Positions 1-9,738 of a DNA stretch of 64,000 nucleotides are shown in pieces. How positions within the stretch are numbered: position 1 is the stretch's first letter; the number at the start of each line of letters is the position of its first letter. The translations under genes and the position numbers were made by a program. The DNA comes from Phycisphaerales bacterium (GTDB lineage Bacteria; Planctomycetota; Phycisphaerae; WQYP01). The stretch spans positions 64,001 to 128,000 of the forward strand of contig DAIDJN010000056.1 of assembly GCA_027451365.1 (NCBI GenBank), in the 5' to 3' direction. The notes under the pieces are model-generated. The model saw only the letters and a list, made by a program, of their open reading frames with translations. It searched no databases and was not told where the DNA came from.

Positions 1-2045
1 ATCCGATGCAGGTAGCTGAGCGATGAATAGCCGGTTCCAAAATCATCTACATCAATCAGCACGCCCATTGAATTCAGCCGCAGAAGTGTCTGCATGGTGG
101 CGTGAGCGTCGCGCATGGCGACAGTTTCAGTTATTTCCAGACGCAAGGCCCGCGGCGGAATTTCCGCATCGGAAAGAATGCGGGTTATTTCCTCGGTAAA
201 CGTGGGCAGTGCAAACTGTTTGCTGGCCATGTTCACGCTTACCGGAAGGGCGGAATGCTGCCGATGCGCTTCCACCCAAGCCTTCAACTGGTGGCAGGCC
301 CGCCGCAGAACCCAGCGGCCCAGTCGGACAATAAGATCAGATTCTTCCGCTGCCGGAATAAATGCGTCCGGTGCCAGAAGGCCGCGCGTCGGATGCTGCC
401 AGCGAACCAGCGCTTCCATACAGGCGAGCGATCCATCCGCGGCAATCACAGGCTGGTAATGCAGAACAAGCTGGTCCTTTTCAATCGCCTGGCGCAGTTC
501 CGTTTCGGTTCGCCATTGCAACATGGCGCGGTCGTGCATGTCGGGGTCAAAAATGCGGGTGCAGTTTCGCCCGCCCCCTTTGGCCTGGTAAAGTGCCGTG
601 TCCGCGTCGCGCAGAATCTCCGTGACGCTGCCATAACTTTCCTCGGCCACCGCGATGCCGATGCTTACCCCCGTGCAGATTTCATGTTCATCTATGACGA
701 ATGGCTCACTTAATGCGGTGTGAAGGCGATCCGCCACATGCAGCACATCGGAATCATGATGCACGTTCTGCACCAGAAGCACGAATTCATCGCCGCCGAT
801 GCGCGCCACATCGTCGCGGCACGAACGGGCCAGCGTATCGCCGCTGCGGACAAATCCGGAAAGACGGCGCGCGATTTCCACCAGGAATTTGTCTCCTACC
901 AGATGCCCCAGGCTGTCATTGATGACTTTAAACCGGTCCAGGTCCATAAACATCACGGCAAAGCGCTGCGTCGGATCGCGCTTCAGTCGGCACAGTGCAT
1001 CACCGATTCGGTCCGACAGCTTTACCCGGTTCGCCAGTCCGGTCAGGGCATCGTGCATCGCTTCAAAGCGAAGCTGGTCTTCAGCCATTTTGCGTTCGGT
1101 AATGTCCGTGAACGAGCCTGCGGCGCGCACGGCGCGTCCGGCCTGGTCGCGCTGGGCGACACCACGAATCAGCATCCACCGGTATTGTCCATCCCGATGC
1201 AGCACCCGGCATTCGGCGCGAAACTGGTCCGAGGTGCCGGAAAAGTGATCGGAGCGGAGTTTTTCCGTCCCGTCCCGGTCGTCCGGATGAACCCGGCCAA
1301 TCCATTCGGATGGTGAATCCGTTATTTCAGCCTCGGCAAAGCCGAGCATCGCTTTCCACCGGGTGGAATAATAAATGCGATCCGCGATCAGATCCCAATC
1401 CCACAGGCCGTCATTGGCACCGGTTTCCGCAAGGCGATAGCGGTCCTCGGCCGCACGATGCTGCTGAATCTCCTGCATCAGTTTCTGGTTGGTCGTTTCC
1501 AGTTGTTGAGTCTGTTCATCGACCATACCCTTTAACTGATTGAGTTTCAGATGGGCATGCCGCGCCAGGTGCCATTTTTTGGAAAGAGCCGAAGCCAACT
1601 GACAGACTTCAATCGTGTCATAAGGCTTTTTGAGAATCAGCAGCCGATCCGCCGATCCAAAGCGGGCGTTTATTTCCTCCCAGGAATAATCACTGTAGGC
1701 GGTGCAGATCACCATCTGAATTTCGCTGTCCACCTGCCATATTTTCTCAATGGTTTCCAGGCCGTCCCAGCCCGGTGGCATGCGCATATCCACAAACGCC
1801 AGGGCATAGCGCTGACCGTTCTGCATTGATTTCACCACCATTTCCAGCGCTTCCTGGCCCTGAAAAGCCGAATCCATGTCGTAGGTTTCGCGGACGGCCT
1901 TGGGTTTGGCGTCGCCAAACAGTGCGCTTTCCATCGCGTCGAGTCCATCCGGATTCTCAGGCGGAGTCAGGATTTTCCGGAAATCATCGTGTATGGCGCG
2001 GTTGTCATCCACGATCAGAATGCGTTGATTCATCTGCTGGTTCAT
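1..2045 (-). CDS. Response regulator with REC-PAS-GGDEF-EAL domains (diguanylate cyclase/phosphodiesterase); 3' end runs off the window
   Basis: Missing from the ORF track because it has no stop inside the window. Manual translation from ATG 2045 (ATGA overlap with the kinase stop) gives MNQQMNQRILIVDDNRAIHDDF...FVDMRMPPGWDG (REC), GANDGLWDW (PAS), VARIGGDEFVLL, CMEALVRWQHP and VDDFGTGYSSLSYLHR. Confidence 0.93.
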   Translation of the reverse strand, partial: MNQQMNQRILIVDDNRAIHDDFRKILTPPENPDGLDAMESALFGDAKPKAVRETYDMDSAFQGQEALEMVVKSMQNGQRYALAFVDMRMPPGWDGLETIEKIWQVDSEIQMVICTAYSDYSWEEINARFGSADRLLILKKPYDTIEVCQLASALSKKWHLARHAHLKLNQLKGMVDEQTQQLETTNQKLMQEIQQHRAAEDRYRLAETGANDGLWDWDLIADRIYYSTRWKAMLGFAEAEITDSPSEWIGRVHPDDRDGTEKLRSDHFSGTSDQFRAECRVLHRDGQYRWMLIRGVAQRDQAGRAVRAAGSFTDITERKMAEDQLRFEAMHDALTGLANRVKLSDRIGDALCRLKRDPTQRFAVMFMDLDRFKVINDSLGHLVGDKFLVEIARRLSGFVRSGDTLARSCRDDVARIGGDEFVLLVQNVHHDSDVLHVADRLHTALSEPFVIDEHEICTGVSIGIAVAEESYGSVTEILRDADTALYQAKGGGRNCTRIFDPDMHDRAMLQWRTETELRQAIEKDQLVLHYQPVIAADGSLACMEALVRWQHPTRGLLAPDAFIPAAEESDLIVRLGRWVLRRACHQLKAWVEAHRQHSALPVSVNMASKQFALPTFTEEITRILSDAEIPPRALRLEITETVAMRDAHATMQTLLRLNSMGVLIDVDDFGTGYSSLSYLHR

Positions 2046-3490
2046 GCGGCCCTCCAGGTCTGGTCCGTCTGTGCCGCCACCGCAAGCGGTATATCAAGAA
2101 TAAACATGGCACCCATGCCCAGCCCTTCGCTCCGGGCGGTCAGTGAACCACCCATTTGTTTTGCCGCCAGCGCGGAAGTATGCAGGCCGAAGCCGTGGCC
2201 GTCCGTTCGCGTGGTAAAACCATGCGAAAAAATGCGCGTTAAATTTTCTGTGGCAATGCCCGTGCCGGTGTCCCGGACCTCAAAAATAAGCCGCGACGGG
2301 TCCGCGGTCAGCGCACCGGCCCGCAGTGTCAGTACCCGTTCACCCGCGCAGCAGCGCATCGCATGTTTGGCGTTGCTGATCAGATTCACCAGAATCTGCA
2401 AAACCTGATGCTTGTCGATTTTCAGCGGCGGCAGCGCACTGATTTCCTTTACAATTTTTACGCGATGGCGTTCCAGGGATTCCAGATTAATACGAATGGC
2501 ATCCTCCACAATTTCCGCAAGACTTGCCGCCTCCTGTACACCCGACGACCGGGCGTAATTCTGCTGGCTTTTGACAATCTGCTTGACATGTTCAATATTG
2601 CCGACCAGGGAATTGATCTCATGCAGAATATCGCGCTGCTCGGTGGATAAATGGTCGGCCAGTTTGCACAGGTAATCACCAAGCTGCCGCCCTTTTTCGT
2701 CGGTGGTCAGAAAGGTGGCCAGATCCGGCTTGTGTTCCTGAAACATGGCGGCTACGCGGGTCAGACCGGACAACCGGCTGGAACGAAGCCTTTCGGCCGC
2801 CACGGATGCGGACACGTTAATGCTGTTAAGTACATTGCCCACATTGTGCAGCACGCCTGTGGCAATTTCCGCCATCCCAGCCTGGCGTGAAATACCCACA
2901 AGTTTGGAGGCAAGGGCCTCGCGTTCGGCCTCGGCGGCTTTGCGAATGGTAATATCCCGCAGCGTGCCCTCCAGATAACTGATGGCGCCCGTCTGGTCTT
3001 TCACCTGATGAATCGTTTCACTGATCCAGATCAATTGTCCATCTCGCCGGCGCACCATGGATTCCCAGTTATTGACTGAACCGTGACGGGCTACTTCATC
3101 AAAAATTTCCTTATAGCGACGGGGATCCACATAAATCTGCCGCCCCACATCCACCACGGCATCTTTAAGATCACCAGGTGTCAGATAACCCAGAATTCTG
3201 GCCATGGCCGGGTTAACGGAAAGATAACCGCCGGAAAGGGTCACCTGAAAAATTCCTTCGGTGACATTTTCAAAGATTGCGCGATATTTCAGTTCCGCGC
3301 GGGCCAGTTCGTCATTGCGTGCCAGCAATTCGCGCGAGCTTAATTCCATCGATCGTTCAATGAGTTCACGGTCTGTGTCGGCCTGGGAATACGCGCCGTC
3401 GACCATATTGCAGAATCGCTGGAATTCAGGTGTGGGCGGATCCATTCCGCCAAAGCACTTTTTTATTTGCCGGACAAGCAGGGGATGCAT
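2042..3490 (-). CDS. PAS-domain sensor histidine kinase
   Basis: H-box IATGVLHNVGNVLNS, N-box NLISNAKHAM, G1 DTGTG, G2 GHGFGL, and a PAS domain. Start placed at ATG 3490 (MHPLLVRQIKK), right after the FIST gene stop. Confidence 0.93.
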   Translation of the reverse strand: MHPLLVRQIKKCFGGMDPPTPEFQRFCNMVDGAYSQADTDRELIERSMELSSRELLARNDELARAELKYRAIFENVTEGIFQVTLSGGYLSVNPAMARILGYLTPGDLKDAVVDVGRQIYVDPRRYKEIFDEVARHGSVNNWESMVRRRDGQLIWISETIHQVKDQTGAISYLEGTLRDITIRKAAEAEREALASKLVGISRQAGMAEIATGVLHNVGNVLNSINVSASVAAERLRSSRLSGLTRVAAMFQEHKPDLATFLTTDEKGRQLGDYLCKLADHLSTEQRDILHEINSLVGNIEHVKQIVKSQQNYARSSGVQEAASLAEIVEDAIRINLESLERHRVKIVKEISALPPLKIDKHQVLQILVNLISNAKHAMRCCAGERVLTLRAGALTADPSRLIFEVRDTGTGIATENLTRIFSHGFTTRTDGHGFGLHTSALAAKQMGGSLTARSEGLGMGAMFILDIPLAVAAQTDQTWRAA

Positions 3491-3491
3491 G

Positions 3492-4634
3492 TTAAACCTC
3501 GCCAAAAGTGGTGATGGTCATGGTCTGATTGTGCAGAGCACATCGGGCGTCGGTATGGGCCGGTGATATCTCTCCATAGGAATAAAACCCGGTCGTGACC
3601 GCGCCGGGACCCAGCACATCACACACCGCTTCAACTTCCTCTTCCACGCGCTGTTGAAGCACCAGTTTGCGTCCAACACAACTGATTAAAATGGCCAATT
3701 GTGCCGTTCCGTCGTCAATGCGCCGCTGGCTGGCCTCCGCCGCGCCATGCGCACCGTCCACCAGCCGGTCGAAATTCGCCCGCATCAGGCGGGCCATGGA
3801 TCCCTCGGCAATGTCGCCGGCGAAGGTCATGCTCTGTTCCTTTTCATCCACCGCCAGAATGGTGCGTACCAGCGTTTCATCTCCACGCGGCTGACGCACG
3901 GTCAGCGGGAATAACAGACCGCTGGAAGGAAGGCGCGCCGCATGTTGCCCTAGATATTCCTTATAGAGCCCCAGTGCGCTGTGGCCATCAAGTTCATAAA
4001 GCACGTTGCCTCGCGAACGTGTCACCCGGCGTTCCGGACCGAAGGAATCCCATCCACCCATCGACCCATAGCCTACCCGCAGATTTTGCCCGTAAAAGCC
4101 CAGCAGAACCACACGCCCGCGGCCGCTGGTTCCCCCGGCGCATACATACGTTTCCGCGAACCGAGATCCATCTCCCGAAAGGCCTCCGGTGACCGCCACT
4201 TTGGCCGGCAGCCCGCTGCTCAGTCCCATGGCAAGCTGCGCACCGTTGACACTTAACCCGTCCGACAGCACAAACGCATGAACCAGCCCCTCCTTCGGAA
4301 GGCGATCGGCCAGTTCCTGACCGGTCTGGAAACTGTTCAGCGGATTGGTGATGGTGCCATCCACGGCACGAATGACGGACGATTCGAATTCCACGGCCGT
4401 GGCCGTGACGCTGTCATCCAGAACATGGGTTCCGGCAATTTCGCCCGCGGTAGAACATCCGCATATATAGGCATGTGGATGCAACGCCCGTATGTCCTCA
4501 AGCTTGTCGGCGTTGGACAGATGTTGTGTGGCACCGAATACCAGCACAAGGTCCGCCGCTGATTTATCTCCGACAGCTCCGGACCCATGTTGCCAGCCGT
4601 TGTCACAAGTCCACACCGATCGGGTTGCCTTCAT
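3492..4634 (-). CDS. FIST-domain sensor protein (NosP-like)
   Basis: GCSTAGEI, VTGGLSGDG, LYELDGHSAL, ISCVGRK, GFYSYGEISP and LHNQTMT are FIST_N/FIST_C motifs. ATG 4634 is preceded by AAAGGTGA. Confidence 0.9.
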   Translation of the reverse strand: MKATRSVWTCDNGWQHGSGAVGDKSAADLVLVFGATQHLSNADKLEDIRALHPHAYICGCSTAGEIAGTHVLDDSVTATAVEFESSVIRAVDGTITNPLNSFQTGQELADRLPKEGLVHAFVLSDGLSVNGAQLAMGLSSGLPAKVAVTGGLSGDGSRFAETYVCAGGTSGRGRVVLLGFYGQNLRVGYGSMGGWDSFGPERRVTRSRGNVLYELDGHSALGLYKEYLGQHAARLPSSGLLFPLTVRQPRGDETLVRTILAVDEKEQSMTFAGDIAEGSMARLMRANFDRLVDGAHGAAEASQRRIDDGTAQLAILISCVGRKLVLQQRVEEEVEAVCDVLGPGAVTTGFYSYGEISPAHTDARCALHNQTMTITTFGEV

Positions 4635-5000
4635 GGGATCACCTTTATGCAACGGGCCAATAAAACAGACCGGCGCGGAACAAATCCGCGCCAGAAATAT
4701 GGCTTCCCTGGGGCTTCTCCCGGTAGCCGCAGTTTTCTCGCTTGATCTCAACCCGCCGGATGATGCCCGCGCCCGGCACGGAGCCGGTCACCATCGGTGC
4801 AGCAAACTGATTATCGGCACATGTATTGATTGGCTTGAATATGAATGAACACAGATTGCTCGCGCACCGGCTTGGGCTCGCGGAATCGGCCAAACATCCC
4901 TTTTCAGGCTGGATAAGACCGATAATGTCCGCATCGGCGGATAAAATATTCGGCCGGTCTACAGGTACACCGGCCTAGCCTGTCGCGAGTCGGAAATCAA

Positions 5001-6584
5001 TCAGCGGGCGCGCGGCCGATGGCGATGTGGCGCGTTAAGCAGAAAGATAAGCGGTATGCAGCAGGCGCAAAATACCGCCAGCATGCGGAAATCGTCCACA
5101 TACGCCCAGACACCCGCCTGCCTTTTCACCGCCTGATAGGCCAGAGCGAGGCTCTGTTCATGCACGGTCAACGCCGGGCCGGTGTGTGCCAGCGCGGTGT
5201 TAAAATGGGCCACGACCGCGCGCCATTGCGGGTTTCCCGGATTGGCATGGGCAATCAGAAGATTCTGCCGTGCCTGACTGGTGCGGGAAAGCATCGTGGT
5301 GGTAATGGATATGCCAATGGCACCGCCCATGTTGCGCATCAGATTATAAATGCTGCTGCCGTTGCCGATCTGTTCATTGCGCAGTGTCCCCATGGTGGTG
5401 GTGGTCAGGGGAATAAACAGCAGACTGGTGGCAAACCCATTGATAATAATGGGCCATGTTACCGTGAACATTCCCACCTGAAGCGTGATGTTGCCCAGTA
5501 GTGCGCTGGACCAGCCCAGCGCCACCAGCGCCAGAATCATGAAAAGACGTGCGTCAATGACTCCCAGCAGTCGGCTTGCCAGCAAAATTCCCGCAATTGA
5601 CCCAAGGCCGCGCGGACTTACCGCCAGACCGCTTTGCAGCGCCGGATAACCCATTAAAGTCTGCAAAAAAAGCGGCAATAACGCCGTGGTGCTGTAAAGC
5701 ACCATGGCCACGACCGTCATTATCATGGTACCGGCGGCAAAATTCCGGTCCGTCAGAATTCGCAAATCCACCAGCGGTTCGGCGGCGGTTAATTCCCAAG
5801 CAATAAATGCCAGAAAGCCCAGAACGGCTAAAGCCGTCAGGGTGCAAATGAGCCGGGAACTGAACCAGTCGGCGTCCTGACCTTTATCCAATACCACTTG
5901 CAGGCACGCGACCCACAGGGAAAGCAGCCCGAAGCCGACCAGATCAATTTTGGTCTTGACCGCGTTGCGGATATACGGAGGGTCTTCCACAAACGCATCT
6001 ATCATAAGAAATGCGAAAATGCCGATCGGGATATTGATGAAAAAAATCCAGCGCCAACTGAATGAATCGGTGATCCATCCGCCCAGAGTCGGCCCGATGA
6101 CCGGCGCAAATACCACGCCGAACGTATAAAACGACATCGCGGCGCTCCGTTTTTCAACCGGAAAGCTTTCCAGAAGAATCGACTGGGCGCTGGGTTGCAG
6201 AGCTCCGCCCCCGATCCCCTGCACCACCAGCGCCATAATCAACATTCCGATATTCGGTGCCAGACCGCACGCCAGCGATGCGACCACAAATATCACAATG
6301 CACCAGAGCAGAAACCGTTTGCGGCCGAACTGGCGGCTTAGCCAGCCCGTGGCAGTAAGCACAATTGCATTGGAAATCAGATAACTGGTCAGCACCCATG
6401 TCGCCTGATGGGCGGTAATGGACATGGAACCGGCTATGTGCGGCAGCGCCACGTTGGCAATGGATGTATCCATCACCTCCATGAAGGTTCCCAGCATCAC
6501 CGATACGGCGATCAGCCATTTGTTGGACCGCGGCACCCATACACCGCCCGGCATTCCAACCTGCTTGCCCGCGATTGCACTCAC
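5001..6584 (-). CDS. emrB: DHA2 family MFS multidrug efflux permease (EmrB/QacA type)
   Basis: MEVMDTSIANVALPHI, WVLTSYL, GPTLGGWITD..SWRWIFFINIPIG; about 14 hydrophobic segments. Confidence 0.9.
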   Translation of the reverse strand: MSAIAGKQVGMPGGVWVPRSNKWLIAVSVMLGTFMEVMDTSIANVALPHIAGSMSITAHQATWVLTSYLISNAIVLTATGWLSRQFGRKRFLLWCIVIFVVASLACGLAPNIGMLIMALVVQGIGGGALQPSAQSILLESFPVEKRSAAMSFYTFGVVFAPVIGPTLGGWITDSFSWRWIFFINIPIGIFAFLMIDAFVEDPPYIRNAVKTKIDLVGFGLLSLWVACLQVVLDKGQDADWFSSRLICTLTALAVLGFLAFIAWELTAAEPLVDLRILTDRNFAAGTMIMTVVAMVLYSTTALLPLFLQTLMGYPALQSGLAVSPRGLGSIAGILLASRLLGVIDARLFMILALVALGWSSALLGNITLQVGMFTVTWPIIINGFATSLLFIPLTTTTMGTLRNEQIGNGSSIYNLMRNMGGAIGISITTTMLSRTSQARQNLLIAHANPGNPQWRAVVAHFNTALAHTGPALTVHEQSLALAYQAVKRQAGVWAYVDDFRMLAVFCACCIPLIFLLNAPHRHRPRAR

Positions 6585-7213
6585 AAGATTCTTTCCTTAT
6601 TCAGTCCGATGCCTGTTGGCATTTTGCGGTTTTGGCGGGCCAGCGGTTTGGCACCCGCCTTTTTTTTGCGCACACCGCGGGCGACAGTTCCGCTGGTCAG
6701 CTTTTCTTGAGTCAAGTGTTCCAAAAGCCGGATCAGGCTGGCGTTCAGGAGTTGCAGTTGTTTTCGGCCCAGCGGGTGGGTGAAGGAATAGAGAAGTTCG
6801 TAATAACCTGGCAAAACCTTGGACAGCCTCTGCTGACCCTTGGGGCTGATATGCGCCTGGCTCATCCGCCGATCCGATTTGTGCGGGACACGGTGAATCA
6901 GGCCACTGCGGTCAAGCCCGCGCAACAGCCCGGTCATGGTCGCACGGGTCACGCCGCACTGATGCGCCAGCGCTGCGGCATTCATTCCATTACCGGCACG
7001 GCTTCGCAATATCATCAGCACCGCCAGCCGCCCGCGGGACAAACGGCCCGTGGCGAGCTGGCGCTCGACCCGTCCGACCAGCTCATGCACGATGCGCAGC
7101 AGAAGAAGGTAAAGCTGAACTTCCAGCAGGTCGGCGCGCGGATAGTCCGGCAGAAGCCGGCGGACCGTCTGATCGCGCGGTGATTCCCGTAAATATATAA
7201 TCGGTTCAGCCAT
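6581..7213 (-). CDS. MarR family transcriptional regulator
   Basis: Winged HTH pattern LAHQCGVTRATMTGLLRGL...GLIHRVPHKSDRR...ISPKG. Overlaps the emrB start. Start chosen at ATG 7213. Confidence 0.85.
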   Translation of the reverse strand: MAEPIIYLRESPRDQTVRRLLPDYPRADLLEVQLYLLLLRIVHELVGRVERQLATGRLSRGRLAVLMILRSRAGNGMNAAALAHQCGVTRATMTGLLRGLDRSGLIHRVPHKSDRRMSQAHISPKGQQRLSKVLPGYYELLYSFTHPLGRKQLQLLNASLIRLLEHLTQEKLTSGTVARGVRKKKAGAKPLARQNRKMPTGIGLNKERIL

Positions 7214-7219
7214 GGTTAT

Positions 7220-7249
7220 ATTGTAAGGCACCTAACTACTTTCAGCCAA
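7220..7249 (-). promoter_or_regulatory. Putative sigma70 promoter for marR-emrB with overlapping imperfect palindrome (candidate MarR operator)
   Basis: Minus strand TTGGCT-18 nt-TACAAT-6 nt-ATG. Imperfect inverted repeat GTAAGG-CA-CCTAAC at 7223-7236. Confidence 0.55.
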
Positions 7250-7305
7250 GCCTTGGAATTTTCGGCCCCGATAGGGTAACATTTCCAATTTCACCGGAGA
7301 CGCTT

Positions 7306-8133
7306 ATGCCGGATCAGCCAGTTTCAGCACTTCGCCGCCGGGTGGGTTGCGTCTCTTACCTGAATTCGAAGCCATTGATTGAACCGCTGGTCGGACGGTC
7401 TGACATTTATGTGGAATTTGCCGTCCCTTCAGCCCTTTCGGGCCTGCTTGTGACTGGCGCGGTGGATACCGCCCTGTTGCCGATCGTGGATTACCAGACC
7501 TGCCCGATGGAACTGCTTCTGGTGCCAGCCGGATGCATTGGTTGTCATGGCCATACCCTGACGGTCCGGATTTTTTCGCGCGTGCCGCCTGGTGAAATCA
7601 CCCGCCTTTTTGCGGATACGGACAGCCATACCAGCGTTATTCTCGCGCAGGTTATTCTGCGTGAGTTTTATCAGTCTTCGCCTGAAATCCTGCCGCTGCC
7701 CGAGGCCCGGGGCGATCCGGTGTGGGATGCAATGGAATCCGTCCTTCTGATAGGCGATAAAGTCATCAACGCCGCGCCGCCGCCCGGCCATTACCCATGG
7801 CAACTGGACCTTGGTGACCAGTGGACAAGAAACACCGGTCTTCCATTTGTATTTGCCATGTGGATGATGCCGACAAGCCGACCGGACGCAGCGCTGGCCC
7901 GGCTGCTGGCTGCGGCCCGTCTGGCCGGTGCCGCCATGACTGATGAGCTTGTGGCCCGCTATGCCGAGTCGCGGGGCTGGCCTCCCGATTTACTGCATCG
8001 ATATTACCGGCATTATCTCGATTATCAGGTCAAGCCCGCCAGCCGGGAAGGGATTGAGCGGTTTTACCAACTGGCCGCCAGCCACAATCTGCTGGCGGTG
8101 CATCGACCGATTCGATATCTGGATATGGTATGA
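7306..8133 (+). CDS. mqnA: Chorismate dehydratase (futalosine menaquinone pathway)
   Basis: VGCVSYLNSKPL, SHTSVIL, LLIGD, DLGDQWTRNTGLPFVFAMW. Confidence 0.88.
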   Translation: MPDQPVSALRRRVGCVSYLNSKPLIEPLVGRSDIYVEFAVPSALSGLLVTGAVDTALLPIVDYQTCPMELLLVPAGCIGCHGHTLTVRIFSRVPPGEITRLFADTDSHTSVILAQVILREFYQSSPEILPLPEARGDPVWDAMESVLLIGDKVINAAPPPGHYPWQLDLGDQWTRNTGLPFVFAMWMMPTSRPDAALARLLAAARLAGAAMTDELVARYAESRGWPPDLLHRYYRHYLDYQVKPASREGIERFYQLAASHNLLAVHRPIRYLDMV

Positions 8134-8183
8134 ATGAATGGCGACGCGGCCACCCTGACTTTGCCTGCAGAATGGCCTATTAA

Positions 8184-8268
8184 TGCCCGGGGCGGGAATC
8201 GAACCCGCACGACCCTAACGGGTCACAGGATTTTAAATCCTGAGCGTCTGCCGTTCCGCCACCCGGGC
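8184..8268 (-). tRNA. tRNA-Leu (UAA)
   Basis: GCCCGGG acceptor stem, anticodon arm CAGGA-TTTAAAA-TCCTG, long variable arm, GGTTCGATTCC T-loop. CCA not encoded. Confidence 0.96.
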
Positions 8269-8499
8269 TGCTTTGGGCAGCCTTAGTATTGTCGGCATTA
8301 CCGGCCGCTTGGCAACCGGCCGCAGGGGAAGTTTCATTTTGGCCGGTGTGACTTGCTCTGGCCGCCCGTCCAAGTTACTTTAATAGGGTGCCGCACTGGC
8401 CTGCGGCTTATAGTCCGGCTAGAATACCGCCCACGTGCGCCCGCATCGGTTCTGATGTGGCTCGCTGCGGCGGCCTGAACAGCGGAGGCTTGAATCATT

Positions 8500-9153
8500 A
8501 TGCGTAAACAAACCCTGCGTGGCGCGTTTTTTGGCAGCGCAATGCTGCTGGCATCGGTAGCGGGTGCTTTTCTGGCTGTTCCAGCCGGGCTGGCCCATCA
8601 TTTGGCTCCCCGGCCATCATTGGTTGCCAGAAGTTGGCAGATTGATTTTCAACATTCGGCGCCTCACCGCCTGATTGTGGTGCGCGGCAACGGTGCGGCG
8701 CAACATGTTATTAAATATTGGTTTATGACCTATACCGTGGTCAACAATACTCATAAGGACCTGTTTTTCAATCCGCAAGTGGAATTGATCGCCGACAACG
8801 GCAAAATCATCGCACCGGTGGCGGCTGTGGCACCGCATCTGTTTAAGAAAATCAAGGCTGTATCCGCCAGTCCGTTTCTTATAAACCCCATGCTTATCGC
8901 CGGCCGTCTGCTGCAGGGGGCGGACAACGCCAAGCAGAGCGTGGCGGTTTTCACCAACCTGCCGCCGATGGCCCGTGGTTTTAGGGTATTCGTCAGCGGA
9001 CTTTCCGGCGAAACCGCGGTCCAGAAGGATCCGATTACCGGCAAAAATATTGTGCTCCACAAGACGCTGGTTCTGCATTACTGGATACCTGGCCACGCTA
9101 TTCACATGACACCCAAACCGATGTTGTTAAGCCACAAATGGGTCATGAAGTAG
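8500..9153 (+). CDS. Secreted hypothetical protein
   Basis: GGAGG RBS, signal-peptide-like N terminus, beta-rich mature part (YWFMTYTVVNNT, FVSGLSGE). No family recognised. Confidence 0.75.
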   Translation: MRKQTLRGAFFGSAMLLASVAGAFLAVPAGLAHHLAPRPSLVARSWQIDFQHSAPHRLIVVRGNGAAQHVIKYWFMTYTVVNNTHKDLFFNPQVELIADNGKIIAPVAAVAPHLFKKIKAVSASPFLINPMLIAGRLLQGADNAKQSVAVFTNLPPMARGFRVFVSGLSGETAVQKDPITGKNIVLHKTLVLHYWIPGHAIHMTPKPMLLSHKWVMK

Positions 9154-9406
9154 TCAGTCGATGCAGCTTGAATCGCCTGTAAAGGATGGCGGTCCGCGCA
9201 AAAATAGAACCGTAGCCGCCGGTTTGAATGATGACCGCATCGGATGTCGATAAACCTGGCCAGCCACCATTTTTTTCCAGTTGCAACACAACATAGACTT
9301 GACTTGTGTGTTGTGTATTATAGTGTCCGCCCGGCCACCATATGCGGACTCAGGCCGGCCGGTCGATTTTGCATTAAAACGTCCGCATTTCAGATGGAGT
9401 CCAATC

Positions 9407-9583
9407 ATGTGGTGGATACTTGGTCTGTTGTATCTGGTTATCAGCATTGTCATGATTCTGGAAATTGTGAAAGCTGAAGTGCCGAATTCCACTAAGATAA
9501 TCTGGATTGTTGTGATACTGGTGCTTCCGTATGTGGGCATCCTTGCCTATTACTTCATTGGCCGGCCCAAAATGATGGGCTGA
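9407..9583 (+). CDS. Small membrane protein, PLDc_N (cardiolipin synthase N-terminal-like)
   Basis: 58 aa with two TM helices and the motif KIIWIVVILVLPYVGILAYYFIGR. GGAG RBS before ATG 9407. Confidence 0.8.
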   Translation: MWWILGLLYLVISIVMILEIVKAEVPNSTKIIWIVVILVLPYVGILAYYFIGRPKMMG

Positions 9584-9738
9584 ATGCGGATATCGCGGCT
9601 GTTCTGACCGCATAAAAAGAGATTTTCGGTGTCGCTGAATATCGGGTGCCATCATGCGAAAGGCCGCGGTTGCAATAAAACGGTGGCGGTGCGTCCGCAG
9701 CAATTCCGTGTGATTCTTTGCGGAAAGGAATTCAGCTC

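Noticed and set aside
102..1829. Several plus-strand ORFs of 90-200 aa
   Set aside because: They are antisense shadows of the minus-strand REC-PAS-GGDEF-EAL gene.
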